The translations under genes were made by a program, and so were the position numbers. From contig JAUCBJ010002739.1 in NCBI GenBank assembly GCA_032718475.1, positions 9,122 to 73,121 of the forward strand: 64,000 bases of DNA, written 5' to 3'. Position 1 is the stretch's first letter. Each line of letters begins with the position of its first letter. The DNA is from Nemertoderma westbladi. Its lineage: Eukaryota > Animalia > Xenacoelomorpha. This document shows, piece by piece, positions 1 through 13,774 of the stretch. The notes under the pieces were generated by a model. It did not search any database, was not told the origin of the DNA, and saw only the letters and a program-made list of their open reading frames with translations.

Positions 1-1813
1 TATTTGAGCAGTAGTCCAACTGATATTGAGACCTAATTGTTATATGGCAGGCCTACTATTTATAAATCGTTTGAGTTGATTTATAATATATATATATACC
101 CGTTTAATGGGTTTTGTCAATGTTGAAATAAATGTTATTATTTCTGGGGAGTAATCACTACACAAAGCGGTGCGCTTTCAGTGAAGTGTTACTTATAGGA
201 CACTAAAACAAATAATTCTAATTTACCTAAGTTACTTAATACTACAAATTACGTACGATTCGGGTTGAGATTACAATCTCTAAATAAACACAAAAATTTT
301 ACAAAAACACAAAATACGAATTTTCAGGGTAATTTTACAAGAAGTCTACAAACCAGTCTAACAAAGGGTTAGAAATCTGGTTATTACAACGGACAGGGTA
401 CTGCGGTATTTGAAAATAATAAGTAGTAGTAAAATACACTGCGTTGTCCAGATAGGAAAATACCACCGCCTGACGACCTATAGCCGTATCGCTATAGGTA
501 CTACGTTATGTATCACGGAGTGTCCCTACCTAGAAGTTAATAGAGCTAATCGAACGTGCCTATCAACCAGTTTACAACACAAATATAATGCCTACACTAA
601 TTACTTTCGGAAAGCACTGTACACTAAACCCTAAATTAGGTACGAGTACTTGTACAACATATAATCAGTAGTTAAATATACTTGAACAGCTAAAAGAACC
701 ACGGCATCTGCTGGAGTGACCGATGCACAAAATCACCAGTCTTTACCTACGCCAAGCAGCCCGTGTAGTACCGGGGTTAATTTAACTATAGCGGTATGTA
801 TAACAAACACAATTACTGTAGGAACAAACTTGGGGAATGAATGTTGCGAATAATCGCATAAACTCTGAATAATAAATATTACGCTACGCGTACAAACCAC
901 TCAAACAAAATGCAGACCAAATACTGACAGACTACTATCAAGCCTAAATAAACTACAGGACATGCAGACTCCGAAATGATTAGGTAGTATGCGTTCTAAC
1001 CCAGTAGTACGACTTATTCTTTAGTTGGGGGTTTACCTTACAGCATTCGCTGCCCCTACTTCCTAACCGTTCTTTATCGGACAAGTGATCTACACACGCT
1101 GCAATCCGTTCAGACCTAATAACAGCCAGACAACTATCCAGCCTACAAATTATCTAAATAAATATTATACGCTACCTGTACAGACTTGCACAAACAAAGT
1201 ACAGACTAAACGATGGCAGACTACTCTCAAGCCTAAATAAACTACAGGACATGCAGACTCCGAAATGATTAGGTAGTATGCGTTCTAACCCAGTAGTACG
1301 ACTTATTCTTTAGTTGGGGGTTTACCTTACAGTATTTGCTGCCCCTACTTCCTAACCGTTCTTTATCGGACAGGTGATCTACACACACTGCAATCCGTTC
1401 AGACCTAACAGCAATCAGACAACAGCTCAGCCTACAAATTGTCTGTACAATCTGATCAGGCTTACACGCCTTCTGTTCAATACTGGCCTACAAACAAATA
1501 AAACCGACAGAAACAAGTAAAATCTCAATAAAAAACCAGGGCGGCCGTTCCCTGATTAAGTACTAAGACCTACCGGTATATAACTATCAAATTCGAATAA
1601 TACTAATGTACTTATACTGGAAGTACCGGTTAGGACAGTTGGGCCTACGGACCTACAGAAGTACCGGTTCTGGCAGTTGGACCTACGGACCTACAGCAGT
1701 ACCGGTTCTGGCAGTTGGGCCTACTGACCTACAGAAGTACCGGTTCAGGTTTACCGGTCAACCGGTACTTTCAACTTTATTGCTTACTGCAATAAAGAAG
1801 CTATATCCGTTAT
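1..1813 (-). mobile_element. Leader (5' UTR) of a second BEL/Pao copy that runs off the left edge of the window
   Basis: 1-~1600 aligns colinearly and in the same orientation with ~12420-13750, the leader upstream of the BEL ORFs (gagcagtagtccaactgatattgagacctaatt vs aagcagtagtccaactgatattaagacctaatt). It contains a ~289-bp tandem duplication (~880-1450) and ~38-bp repeats (1620-1750). Confidence 0.8.
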
Positions 1814-3037
1814 TGTTCGCGCTTTCAGACCTTTGGCAGTTTAACCCGCCAAATTAGGATGTCTTCTAGATAATAAATCGCTTTAGCCTCTAACAAGTAT
1901 TTGATTCACTACACTAGTTGAAACCAATCTGTGCGCGATCATTCACCCGTTGGATATACCCGGGAGATTGATTTCGACAGCTTAATCGTATTGCTATGTA
2001 AGCCTAATGTATTATTCGACTGACAGTATTATATAATCTCTGACAATATTATTCACCTTCGGGGAATATTAACAGTTCCTTTAGGACGTGGCGCTCTATT
2101 TATACAAACAGAGTTATGACTTAAACTACTCACAACGATATGGCTTAGTTACAATTCACATATATGGCGCATTCTTTAGGAAATGCTTCGTTATCAGTCT
2201 CACTCATACACAATGCTGCACAATACTGCACACTAATCTGCCGATCTTCACTGATTTTAGTCACATATAAAAGGAACACGGACCGAATCATGTAGGGTCT
2301 ATCAAATAACATTAGATTCACTTCAAACCACTTTAACATAAGTCACAATTGTTATATGTAACCCTTCTCTCTTACCTTCGGTATATCAAGAATATTGGGT
2401 TTCGGGGTTATTTATCGTTATTCCAAATATAATAATTCATCAACCATATTATGAAGAACTGACAGTAAATAGCAGTATAACAATATAAAGTATGCACAGG
2501 TTGTTTGATTAGGTATGGTATGTTATGTTGTGATAAATGCAGATAACGGATATATGTCCTTATAATTAAGCCTACTAGTGTAGGGCTAAAGCCGTTCTTC
2601 CTGGCTTAGAATCACCAACAACACTAAAAACTGATAAGAATAACTATAAGAATACCAGCTACCCTTATTCTACAAAGATCTCACCCACCACAGAGAATGA
2701 GCATACAGATAGGAAATTCAGTTCAGTAGATCTGTGATAGGTCAAAATCAAAACCAACTCAAATCCTATTGGCAGATACAGTAGGCAGGGCTATGGGGCA
2801 ACGTGGCAATATCAGCCGTTAGCCGTCGTCATGGTAGCGACACTGTTTTCAAGAGTATCGAGCTTTTACGTCACGAAATTGCAGATTGTGTCCTCTAAAG
2901 TACAAATACAGAAGAAATGGCTTTTATGTCCTCCAAAACACCAGTACAGCAAGGACACGGCCCTTTTATGCCTGGTAAACCAACCACAGAGTACTTTACG
3001 GGGATAATAACCGGCTAATTACGCAAAAGCTTTTACA
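1814..3037 (-). mobile_element. BEL/Pao LTR (~1.2 kb)
   Basis: Minus strand begins TGTAAAAGCTTTTGCG at 3037 and ends GCGCGAACA at 1814, the same termini as the solo LTR at 45813-46909. A purine-rich GTGAGGGGTAGGC (PPT-like) lies directly upstream. Confidence 0.85.
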
Positions 3038-4719
3038 GCCTACCCCTCACGGCCTCCGGACAGTGCAAGATCCTCAGCGCCGATATACTGTTGTCGCGGT
3101 GTTTATCACCAATGTAGTAGCTACACAACGACAACAATAACCAGCGCGAGTCACTCCACTGTCCGTCCTAAGGGCTTAGATTGACTTCAGGTTCTCACTT
3201 TAGAGTTAGGGCTACTTTCACAACTGCGACTAGCTACTGTAAACACACTTTAGTAGCAACATTCACCTATAAACGCACAAACTCCACACAACTGTCACAA
3301 ATTGTACACATTCGGGCCATTTGTCCGTTAGTCAAGTGCCTTCCAGAATGCCACGTTATTATTATGTATCCTTGGATACTAGCAGTGCGCTATTTATTCC
3401 GTATGCTATTCAATGGGGCAAGCTTTCTATTGCTCTTTTAACTCGCTTCTAATTCTAGCGTGGTTGTTGCTATGGTGACATTATGGAAAGCTAGCAGTAG
3501 AATTAGGATAATTCTCATGCATACAGATCTGGGATGCTATTTAATAGTAATTCTTTAATTGTCAATATTCCCCTTTATACATGACTTTATGAATTTTATC
3601 GGCTATTGACTATATATTGGAGATTCTCGCACACTAATACACTTAATAGGGAGAATCTCCGCTCCCATGATCTATTAATTAATGGAATTTTGGGAATGTT
3701 ATAAATTGTATAAAATAACAATTTATAAAATTCATGAAAGGATATGAATTTAAATTTATTCCCGTAAATTTTATTATTTAATATTAAAATAGACACAATT
3801 TTATTCCAGAATATGTCTGGGGACTGAGATCCTTGATTCTAGTAAATTTGTCCTTTTAAGAGTATCGGTAAGTGCTACGATATCTTAATCGACTAGAATT
3901 TTTAAAGGATCTAAATTTTAACAGATCTTGATTTATAGATTTTCTCGGTTTACAAACTACTTAGAGTTTATTTGCGTGCATTTACTCTATTATAACATTT
4001 GTTTTAATAGATTTTTATAAATATTAACTATGTAATATTTAAGATGGGCACCGATTTATTCCAGAACATGTCTGGGGACGTTAACCACTGATTCTAGAAT
4101 TTTGTCTTTCAAATATATCGGTGGGTGCCGCGGTATCTTAATCGACTAGAATTACAGATGGTCAAAGGGTTTAACAGATTTATTTGCGTTGTACGCTACT
4201 GTTAAAGGGACATCACGCTACTATATGTATTATTTAATATATAATATAATTAATATAATAGAGCAATATTGCAAGAAGCAATGTCAGAGAGAAGAGGCAA
4301 GTCGTTTCCAAGGTCTACCCAGAGCTTGGTTTAGCCGAGACACGAGGATCTGAACTTTGCATTCCTAATACTCTACTTACCAATAATACTTGAGTATATA
4401 GTAGGAGCTTTATTGTACTTTAATAAGTACGGACATTTCATCTTACTGTAGTCACGTATTTATAATATGATACGGACAGTAAGGAAAGAGAAAGAAGAAT
4501 TATTTCTCGCCATTGCACTAAATATATAATATAAGTAATTAAGTAATAAACACGAGTATATATTGCACTAATCTACTAAATAATCGCTAAAATAACATTC
4601 TACTAAATAAAATTAAAGAAAACGATTATTATAAAATTACATAATAATACATACCTAAATATAAAAATAATAAAAAACGAATATAAAATAATATGGTCAC
4701 ACACCCACTCCAGACGCTG

Positions 4720-5340
4720 TTACGTTGGGGAGTCCCTAGATGTCAGTTGGATTAGGGAGGTGGTCGCGGGAAGAGTATCTTGCCTTCCATAGTTTCCGGA
4801 CAGTTCTCTGTCTCTCTCCAGTAAACATAAACGACCAACTGGGCGATTGAGCTGCTGCGTCTCGAATACAATTCCCGGTTTCTTAAAGTTACGTCGCATG
4901 ACGACGAGTTCTACCGATCGCACTAAACCGTCATCCAAGATATGAGTCTCGATAATATGACCTGTCTGCCACCGCTTACATGGAAGATCTGTTTCCACAA
5001 TAAGGACCATGTCTCCGGCGCTGACGTTTTCTTGCTGCGCAAACCACTTGGTTCGAAGTTGTAGCGTAGGCAGATAATGTTTTTCGAAATGGTCAGCGAA
5101 ACGACGGGATAATAACTGCATAAGTTGCCAAGTTTGCCGGCAGTATTCGTCTCCGTCCGTGATTTCCGATCGTGGGAGCATGGCTACAGGTTTCTTCAGT
5201 AGGAAGTGCGCGGGTGTTAGCGCTTCCAGGGAGTCGGGACTCGATGAGACTGGCATAAGCGGTCTTTCGTTAAGATAGGCGGCGATTTCTTCCATTAACG
5301 TACGCAAACGTTCGTCGGTGAGATACGCACGGCACGGCAC
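4720..5340 (-). pseudogene. BEL integrase C-terminal part (DUF5641-like)
   Basis: Motifs LNERPL, LTPAHFL, YLPTLQLRTKW, WQTGHIIE, DGLVRSV and RPVGRLCLLE are typical of the BEL integrase C-terminus. The HHCC finger and most of the DDE core are missing upstream. Confidence 0.88.
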
Positions 5341-5495
5341 TATCAGAAACCTCCATCAGAAACCTATCTGAGATTTTATATTTGGGAAGATCTTTAATAG
5401 CATGGACCTGCACAGATGTCGGTGGAGCGGTATCACTAGTGATCTTCGTCCTGGAGTAGTGATAATGGAAGCATCGCTTCAAATACGCAACGGCC

Positions 5496-8400
5496 TTACA
5501 AAGCCTGATTCCAGGAGCTATAGTGATGTATCGCCCTCTGTAGGAGAGGTGAGAGTCCCTGCGAAACGTCTGGTGTTCCAGATTTCCAGTCTCTCTCTCT
5601 GATTTCCACAACGGACTTATTTGTGGCGGGGAAGTTTAGATCCACAGCGTCGTCTCCGGAAAGATGTAGTACAGACAGATCTATCACGGGTTTAAATAAC
5701 TTCGATTTACTCGTCCGGGTTTTAGGTTTGACTTTCTCCGCTCCCTTGGCTTGTCTAATCTCAGCCGTGGTAAGATGAGGAGGCCATTCATCTTCTTCTT
5801 TACTTAGGAAGTCGGGTCCACCTAACCAGTCCGGAGTGTCTACCAGTTCTTGAGGAGTTGCTCCTCTGGAGGCGATGTCGGCTGGATTAATCGTCCCAGG
5901 GCAATGTCTCCATTGATCTACACTAGTGCGACTAAGTATAACGGCTACTCTGTTGGTAACAAAGACGCTGAACTGACAGACTTCATTGGTTATATACTCC
6001 AAAACGAGTAAAGCATCAGTCCAATAGACAGTTTTCTCCAGTGGATAGTCGATCTGTTCTGTGACATTCCGGCCGATGGCTGTAGCGTATAGAGCCGCTT
6101 TTAACTCCGCTCGAGGAACTCGTAGCTTGTTGTTTATCAAGGCCTTAGAGGTAACCAAGGCAACTTTAATTCCATCCGGAGTTTCAACCCTCAGGTAGGC
6201 TACTATACCTATTCCCATATCGCTGGCGTCTCCAAACACATGGAGTTGATAGGAATACGTGGGGAGAACATGACCAAAATATGAACGGGAAATCGTAAAG
6301 TTCTCGATGGATGGTAGAGAATCTTCCCATTTCATCCACTTCTTTAGTAGTTCTCCCTTAAGTGGATCGTCCCACGAGTGGTTTTCAAGCCACATTTGTT
6401 GAACTAAACTCCGAGCAACCAATATAACTGGGCTAATAAATCCCAATGGATCGAAATAAGTGCTCAGGATACTTAGACAAATCCGTTTAGTTCGAACTGG
6501 ATTATCTCGCTGTTTTAGCTGGAAAAACAGGATATCTCTCTCCGTGTCCCATTTCAAACCAAGCGTCTTGGTTTCTGGAAGATCGTCCTTGATTAGGTCC
6601 AGGTCTTTAACTCCTCGGTCTTCTACCGGGATCGATTCCAGAAACTCACGGGAGTTGCTGGTGAATTTAGTTAGTCGAAATCCACCACGTTTCAAACACT
6701 CTACCATTCCCTTGGCAACATCAATGGCTTCTTCCACCGATGGGAGGGACTTTAAATTATCGTCCATGTATATATCCCGTTTGATGTTGTCGATAACCGC
6801 TTTAGAGAAGGCGTCTCGGTTGTCATCAGCAGTGGTGCGCACTACTGAACAGGCGTTCGAGGGGCTCGAGATGATTCCGAAAGCCTGGATGGTCATCCAG
6901 TACTCCACAGGTTTTTGGCTGAGGTCTCCTTCAGGCCACCACAGAAATCGCAGGCTGTCTCGATCCCTATCCAGCGCCTTAACTTGTAAGAACATGCCTT
7001 CTATATCTGAGGCGAAGGCGATCGAATATTGCCGTAATCTTAAGAGTATTCCCAACAAGGATTGGAGTAAGTTGGGTCCCGGCAACAACTCCGAATTAAG
7101 GGATTGGCCCATGTAGAGGGCGGAGCCGTCAAATACTACCCGAACTTCGTTGGGTTTACCGGGTTTGGGAACGTAATGATGGGTTAAATAATACGTTCTC
7201 TCAGTTATGGGTGTTTCTTCCGGTACTCGCTCCGCATATCCCTTATCGATGAATTTCTTCAGCTGTGTCTTGTACATCTCTTTAGCTGAAGCGTTTGCCG
7301 TAAGACGTCGATGTAGTTGAGCGATTCTTTTCTCAGCCAAGGGTCGGTTATTTATAAAATTAGGTTCTCGCTTTCGAAATGGCAGACCAATTTCATACCT
7401 CCCTTGATCCCTAAGGAAACGTGTAGTCGTTGCCTGGATCTGCTTGGCTCTTTCCTCCTCGACTGATAGTGCTTTGTCGTAGGAATTAGGTTCTACAGCT
7501 TCTTGAGTAAAGAATCGTACGGCGTGTTCGTCGCGAATCTTAGCATTATGTCGATCTATCACCTCATTTAGCTCATCGTCATAATTGAGTTGTCCGCCAT
7601 GATGGACGAGATGGCAAAGGTGCACTTGGTTTCTCCAAGCTTCACTTTCAGTGAGGAGGTCTATCGTATTTTCCTCGTCAAATAGCTGGGTAATATCGTC
7701 GTTATCTGAGGAGTATGGTGTTCCCTCAGGTGTGATTTCTCCCTCACTGATTTCTTCTTCCCATTCACTCACCTGGTGCACTTGTTCAGGGGGTAATCTT
7801 TCCATGAGCGTTCTACGGGAAGGTCCAGTGAAGTACCAACCTACTCTAGTTCTTCCCGCATAAGTTTGCAATGGTTGCGGTCGAGCAGGTCGTTTCTCTA
7901 ATGTCTCAAGCGCCTCATGCGCATTTTGGCCGATTAAAATTTGCACCCCTGGGTAGTCGGTGTTGAATCTAGGGATATTATGTTGCTGGGTAAAATCGTC
8001 TTCATCCCAGTTGTAAGGTTCTACTTGGCTGGTAGCAAAGTTCTTTATCGCCACCATTTTTACTGACCTTATACTGTGTTCTCCTAGTTCGTCTTGGGGA
8101 GTGGACAACGCACCTACATAGTAGTCTGTAGCTACGGTAGATTTCCAAACCTGCATAATTCCTGAAAGGTTCAACTTAGTTCGGAACTTGGGTTGTCCTG
8201 CAAAGATGTCTTCGGCTAGTTCTTTATCGATGAACGTTCCTGTGCTGCCGGAGTCCAGGAGTGCGTTGACTATAAAACTCTTACTCAACCCATGGACTCT
8301 TAGCTGAACTACGGGGAATTCCCGGATTCCGACGTTGGAAGTTGGTGCTTTCCAAGATGGTTGTCGGTCAGGAATAGCCGGGTGCGCTTCGTTATCGGTT

Positions 8401-9632
8401 TCAGTCTCATACGTAAGCGCTCGATACACCGCGGTGTTTATTAGATAACAGGATTCGTTTTCGTCGGAGAATTCATCCGCGTAGAATCCTTCCATCTCAG
8501 AACTTTGGTCAGTGTCGTTCACATCACTGAATTGGACATGTAGTTCGGACTCACTTACCTGACTCGGGCTGTTTCTTTCAAATTCGGTGTGCAACAAGAT
8601 ATGATGTTTCGCGCCGCACTTAGCACACCTCGCTTCGGAGTAACAGGTTCGCCGTTGGTGTCCTTGTCTGAGACAATTATAACACAACCGCTTATCCCAC
8701 ATGACATCACGTCTATCTTTTAGGGATTTCTTTAAGAATTCATCACACACACTTAAACGGTGGGGCCCGTCGCACAATGCACATTTTGGTTTGATGTTAC
8801 TTACTTTACCTCGGGTAACGTTGTGCACACTCGTTCTTTCCTCGGGCTTTCTTCCATGAATTCTCTTAGGAGACGTAGGAGGAGTTTTTGTTACCTGTTC
8901 TCTCCTGTCACTAGTTCGAGACTTAAATTTACTTACGTCCTTAGGTGCTTTGTTGACATAGTAAGATCTTTCGGTGTCTTTCCCGTTGCTCTCCTCTTGA
9001 GAGGTCTGGCTTTCGCCTTCGTCTGTATAACACACTGGTGTTACCTTTCTCCTAGAAACGGGTTTTTCACTTACCTTATTTTCCGGTGTCTTCTCTCGGG
9101 ACTGCTTTAGGAGCTGTAATTTTACCTCTCCATCTAAGAATGACATGAGATCAGCCATGGTAGGGTCTCTTCGTTGTTGTTCCATCATATATAGAACTCT
9201 TTTGTCCCAACGAGTACCTACTCCACCCTTTGGCAAGGTAGATGCTACAGCTCCAATAATCATAGAACTCTGATACTCATGAGACTTACCTAGCCAATCT
9301 AATTGTCTACAAATCTCCTGGATCTCATCGGAAAACTCTATAATCCCGCTGCTAAGAAACTTTCGTGGCGCTACCAATTTCGCATACAAATACCTAGCTA
9401 TGTTATTCCTATTGCCATACCTGATGTTTAGTGTATCCCAAACTTGTCTTAATCCATCTGGATGTCCAATAAACTTTAACGCCATTAACTTGGGAGATCC
9501 TTCCAAGCACTCGATGAGGAATCTAAGTTTCTCTCCGTTAGATAGCACAGAGTTATGTATGTTATCTTTATAATATTCATTAAAAGGTAACCATTTCATC
9601 TCATCTCCGTTGAACTTGACGATCTCTCCCAC
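5496..9632 (-). pseudogene. BEL/Pao gag-pol segment: capsid-like region, 3 zinc knuckles, protease, RT, RNase H
   Basis: Knuckles CALCDGPHRLSVC, CYNCLRQGHQRRTC and CAKCGAKHHILLH; protease ALLDSGS; RT motifs VRVVFDGS, DIEGMFLQV and YMDD; RNase H motifs LHVFGDAS, VPRAEL, WTD and NPADIASRG. In frame with 9642-10112 across a single TAA. Confidence 0.93.
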
Positions 9633-9641
9633 CTTTACCGC

Positions 9642-11963
9642 TTAACGGGCTTCGGTTCTAGCCATTTGACGCGTAAAACTTTCTTGGGCCATCGTATTAT
9701 TCAATATTGAGTTATCGGTATATAAATTTCTCAGATTATGATCAGGTCTATATGGAATATCATTATCAGCAGGTCCATCATTACCCTGAATAGGGTTTAC
9801 TATAGGAGTTTCTACTTCACTAGCAGTATAGATGCGTGTAGGTTCCACACCTTGCGCATGAAATACTTCAGACCTAACAGGTTGACACATTGTTACAGGG
9901 GGTGGTGTTATACCCCTTTGTATATTTACTAATTTATCGCGTTCTAACGCGATACTCTGCTGCACTTCTTGCAGTTCTAACCTACCCTCTCTTACTGTTC
10001 CCTTTAACTGCTGCACAGTCCCTTCCATTTCTCGGACGTGCTGGGAGGAACGGATGCGCTGTTCCTCCAATTGTCCGAGCCTTCCATTGATCCATCCCCC
10101 GTCGTCCCTCATCCACCCACTCGACCACCGAAGCGGGAGCCGCCAACATAGTAGTGGGTAGACGAGGGACGATGGGCGATAAATCGTGGATGTCTCGCTC
10201 GGCGTCCAAGACTGGGACTGTTTCTTCAGCTAGTTTATTGGGCACAGGTAATTTAGTACTGTGCAAAGGGAATTTTGAGGTAGGTTCTGGGAGTACAGGT
10301 GTCTCTATCACCGAAGGGTTGGCTTCGAGAACAGGCCTAATTATTTCAGGCTCATCTACTATAGTAGGGAGTCTTTCTACTCTAATAATTTGGTCTGTGG
10401 GTTCTGTACTACCTAAGTCTGTGCTAGCTAGTTGCCTTCTCACAGCTGGGGGCAAATTAGGCAATTTCTGATGGTGAGGCGTTCTCCTACGTCTGCTGGA
10501 ACGAGATCTATTTCCTCCGCCTTCAGGATCTGTTGTATCGCCTTCATCAGATGATGTAAATCCCCGTCTCTTGGGAATAGATCGCCTTATCATCTGCCAC
10601 TGACTAGCTGTTCTCTGTTTATCTATGTAGTCTTGCTTCTCTTTAAGATTTTCCAACTCTAGTTGAGTTGTCTCTTCAGACGCCCTCCGTTCTGCTTCTA
10701 CCACTGCCTCTGCCGCTTTTCTTTCCGCTTCTGCCGCTGCTACTGCTGCTTTTCTTTCAACTTCTGCCGCTGCCGCTGCTGCTGTCTTTCTGTCTTCTAT
10801 TCGTTTTTTCTTTAACTGTTCTTCTTGGACCCTAGCGATGCGGCTGCTTTCATCAAATTTAGCTTGGTTTGCGGCTAACATTTCCGCATCTAATGAGTCC
10901 AACACAAACTTGGCTCCTTCACTAGTAGGGCGAAGTCCAGCTAGCCGTATCCTCAACTCTTTGTCACCTATAAATCGTTGATAGTCCGACAGATAGATGT
11001 CAATAGCGTCCTTCTTCTGAGGTTTCTCCAATGTCGCTTCGCTTTCCACTTGAGAAAAGGTAGCGTCTGTTGATTCTCTGTGGGTTGAGCGCTCAGTTAG
11101 CTGAATTTTCCATTGGGATGTTCCTTGGACTTTAAGACTCCCCGTTGGAACCAATTCTTTACGGCAACTTGCAATGACGTGTCTTGACTTTTCTTCGAGG
11201 CTTCCTCAAAGGCCGAAAGGATTAGTCTAATTCTTAGGATTCGTTCTCGAACTTGATATAGCAGCTCTCCCTGCTCTTGAGGTCCTTGGGGTTGTTGAAA
11301 CAGTTGTTCCTCTAATCGCTCCAAAGAGCTGAAGAATCCCTGTACATATCCGGCTGCCAACCTCTTCCACACAGCTGGATCTCTAGTGTCCTTTACCACT
11401 CCCATCCTGTATAAGTCCTCCCAGGCAGCTTCCGATAAGTTAAACGGGAGTCCGGGTCCGGGGAAGATCCATTGCGTCTCGACAATAGATTTCAGTTCCT
11501 CTTTCGTGTATCCTGCATAACTGTCCTTGGTCAATCGCTTACTTCTCGCCCAATCAATTTGATGTTCGTCCACCGCAATCAATACTCTAGTGAGTACGGC
11601 TTCAGGAAGAATGAGAAGTGGATCCGAATAAACTGCATCTGCCATCTTTGCTCCGCGCTCGGGTGGCAACTCTACAGTATCTGAACTACTGGAGCTATCG
11701 GGCCGCTGAGAAATAAGTTCTCGGCTCGGGTGTTGCTGCTGTTTAACAGCTGCCTCTTGGTCCCGCTTGACTTGAGCCCGAGTGCCTATGATAGACCTAC
11801 GGTGCTTTACTAGTCTAGGGTCTGATACTACTACTGAAGGGATGACTTTTCTTACAGTAGGAGGGGACTTGAACATTGGTCTCAAACGTTCGGCACTCCT
11901 ATCGGAGTCGCAGACTGTTGTTTCTAAGAGACTATCTGACAGAGTTTGCTTTTTGTCAGCCAT
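9642..11963 (-). pseudogene. N-terminal extension of the BEL polyprotein, split into three overlapping frames
   Basis: ORFs 11963-11097, 11154-9982 and 10112-9642 overlap in series and start at an ATG after the AT-rich leader. They include an Ala/Glu-rich coiled-coil-like stretch. Confidence 0.7.
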
Positions 11964-13774
11964 GTTTGATTGTACAGTTGAATGCCTACTACTATAATGA
12001 CAGTTAAAGCAAGTCTAGTAATTCAGTATCAACTGTTAGCCTAGTAATTGATTACCGATATCGTTACTCAATGTAACGCGATATATATATAATATATTAG
12101 AGTACCGGTGTACACTTATAGTATATATATAAGTATTATTACAAACTAGGGTTTGTCACAGAATACCGGTATATAATTTCAGCATAAATATATATAAATA
12201 TATAATAAGCCTACCGTGAATACCGGTATACAGCTTACACTTATAGTATATATAAGTATAATTATAGACTAAAATTAATTACAGAATACCGGTATATAAT
12301 TTCAGCATAAATTTATAGAAATAAATGTAATAAGCCTATAGTAAATACCGGTATGTCAATTATTTTAGAATAACTGAATTTCTGAATTTTAGGGTTACTT
12401 TTCTTTACTTTGTTACTGTTATTAAGCAGTAGTCCAACTGATATTAAGACCTAATTGATGTATGACAGGCCTACTATTTTATAAATCGGTTTGATTTGAT
12501 TTATAATATATATATACCCTTATAATAGGTTTTGACAATATTTGAAATAAATGTTATTATTTCTGGTAAGGAGTCACTACACCGAAGCTGAACGCTCTCA
12601 GTGGAGTGCTACTTATTGGACACTAAAACAAATAATTCTACTTTACTAAGTTACTTATTACTATAAATTACATACAATTACGGGGTGAGATTACAATCTC
12701 TAAATAAACACAAAAATTACACGTACAAATTTGAGGGTAATTTTACAGGAAATCTACAAACCAGCCTAACAAGGGGTTAGAATTTCTGGTTATTACAACG
12801 GACAGGATACTACGGTGTTTGAAAATAATTAAGCAGTAGTAAATAAATTGCGTTGTCCAGATAAGAAAATACCACTGTCTGACGACTTATAGTCTTTAGC
12901 TGTACAGCTCTATAAGTACTACGTTATGTACCCGGAGTGTTCTTACGTAGAAGTTAATTACCGCAGCCAACCAGAGCCAACGTGCCTATTAACCACTTTA
13001 CAACACAAATATACTGTCTACGCACTAATTACCTCCGGAAAGTATTGTACACTAAACCCTAAATTAGGTACAAGTACTTATACAACAAATAACCAGCAGT
13101 TAAAAATACTTGTACAGCTAAAAGAACCACAGTATCTGCTGGAGTGACTAGAGCATAAAATCACCAGTCTTTACCTATGCCAAGCAGCCCTGATGTAATA
13201 CCGGGGTTAATTTAACCATAACAGTATGTATAACAAGCACAATTACTGTAGGAATAAACTTGGGGAGTTATGTATGTTGCGAATACTCGCATATACTCTG
13301 AATAATAAATATTACGCTACCTGTGCAGACTACACAAACAAAATACAAACCAAACGCTGGCAGACTACTATCAAGCCTAAATAAACTACAGTATATGCAG
13401 ACTCCGAAATGGTTAGTTAGTACGCGTTCTAACCGAGTAGTACGACTTATTCTTTCGGGGGGGATTTACCTTACAGCACTGGATGCCCCCACCTTCCTAA
13501 CTAGTACTTTATCGGACATACACTCTACACACACTGCAATCTCTTCAGACTCAACAACAGTCAGACAACAATCCAGCCTACAAATTATTTATACAATCTG
13601 AGCAGGCTTACACGCCTTCTGCTCAATATTACACTTACAAATAAGTAAAACTGACAGAAATAAATAAGCTCTAAAAGAAACAAGGGGTGTACAGTCCATA
13701 ATCTCTTAAACAGCCTACCAATATACAATATCACAATCGAAATAATACTGGTACCGGTAAGGTACCAGTACACT

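Noticed and set aside
410-3796. Short ORFs in the BEL leader, LTR and 3' region as accessory or env genes
   Set aside because: They are short, not preserved in frame between the paralogous copies where those exist, and show no envelope-like features.
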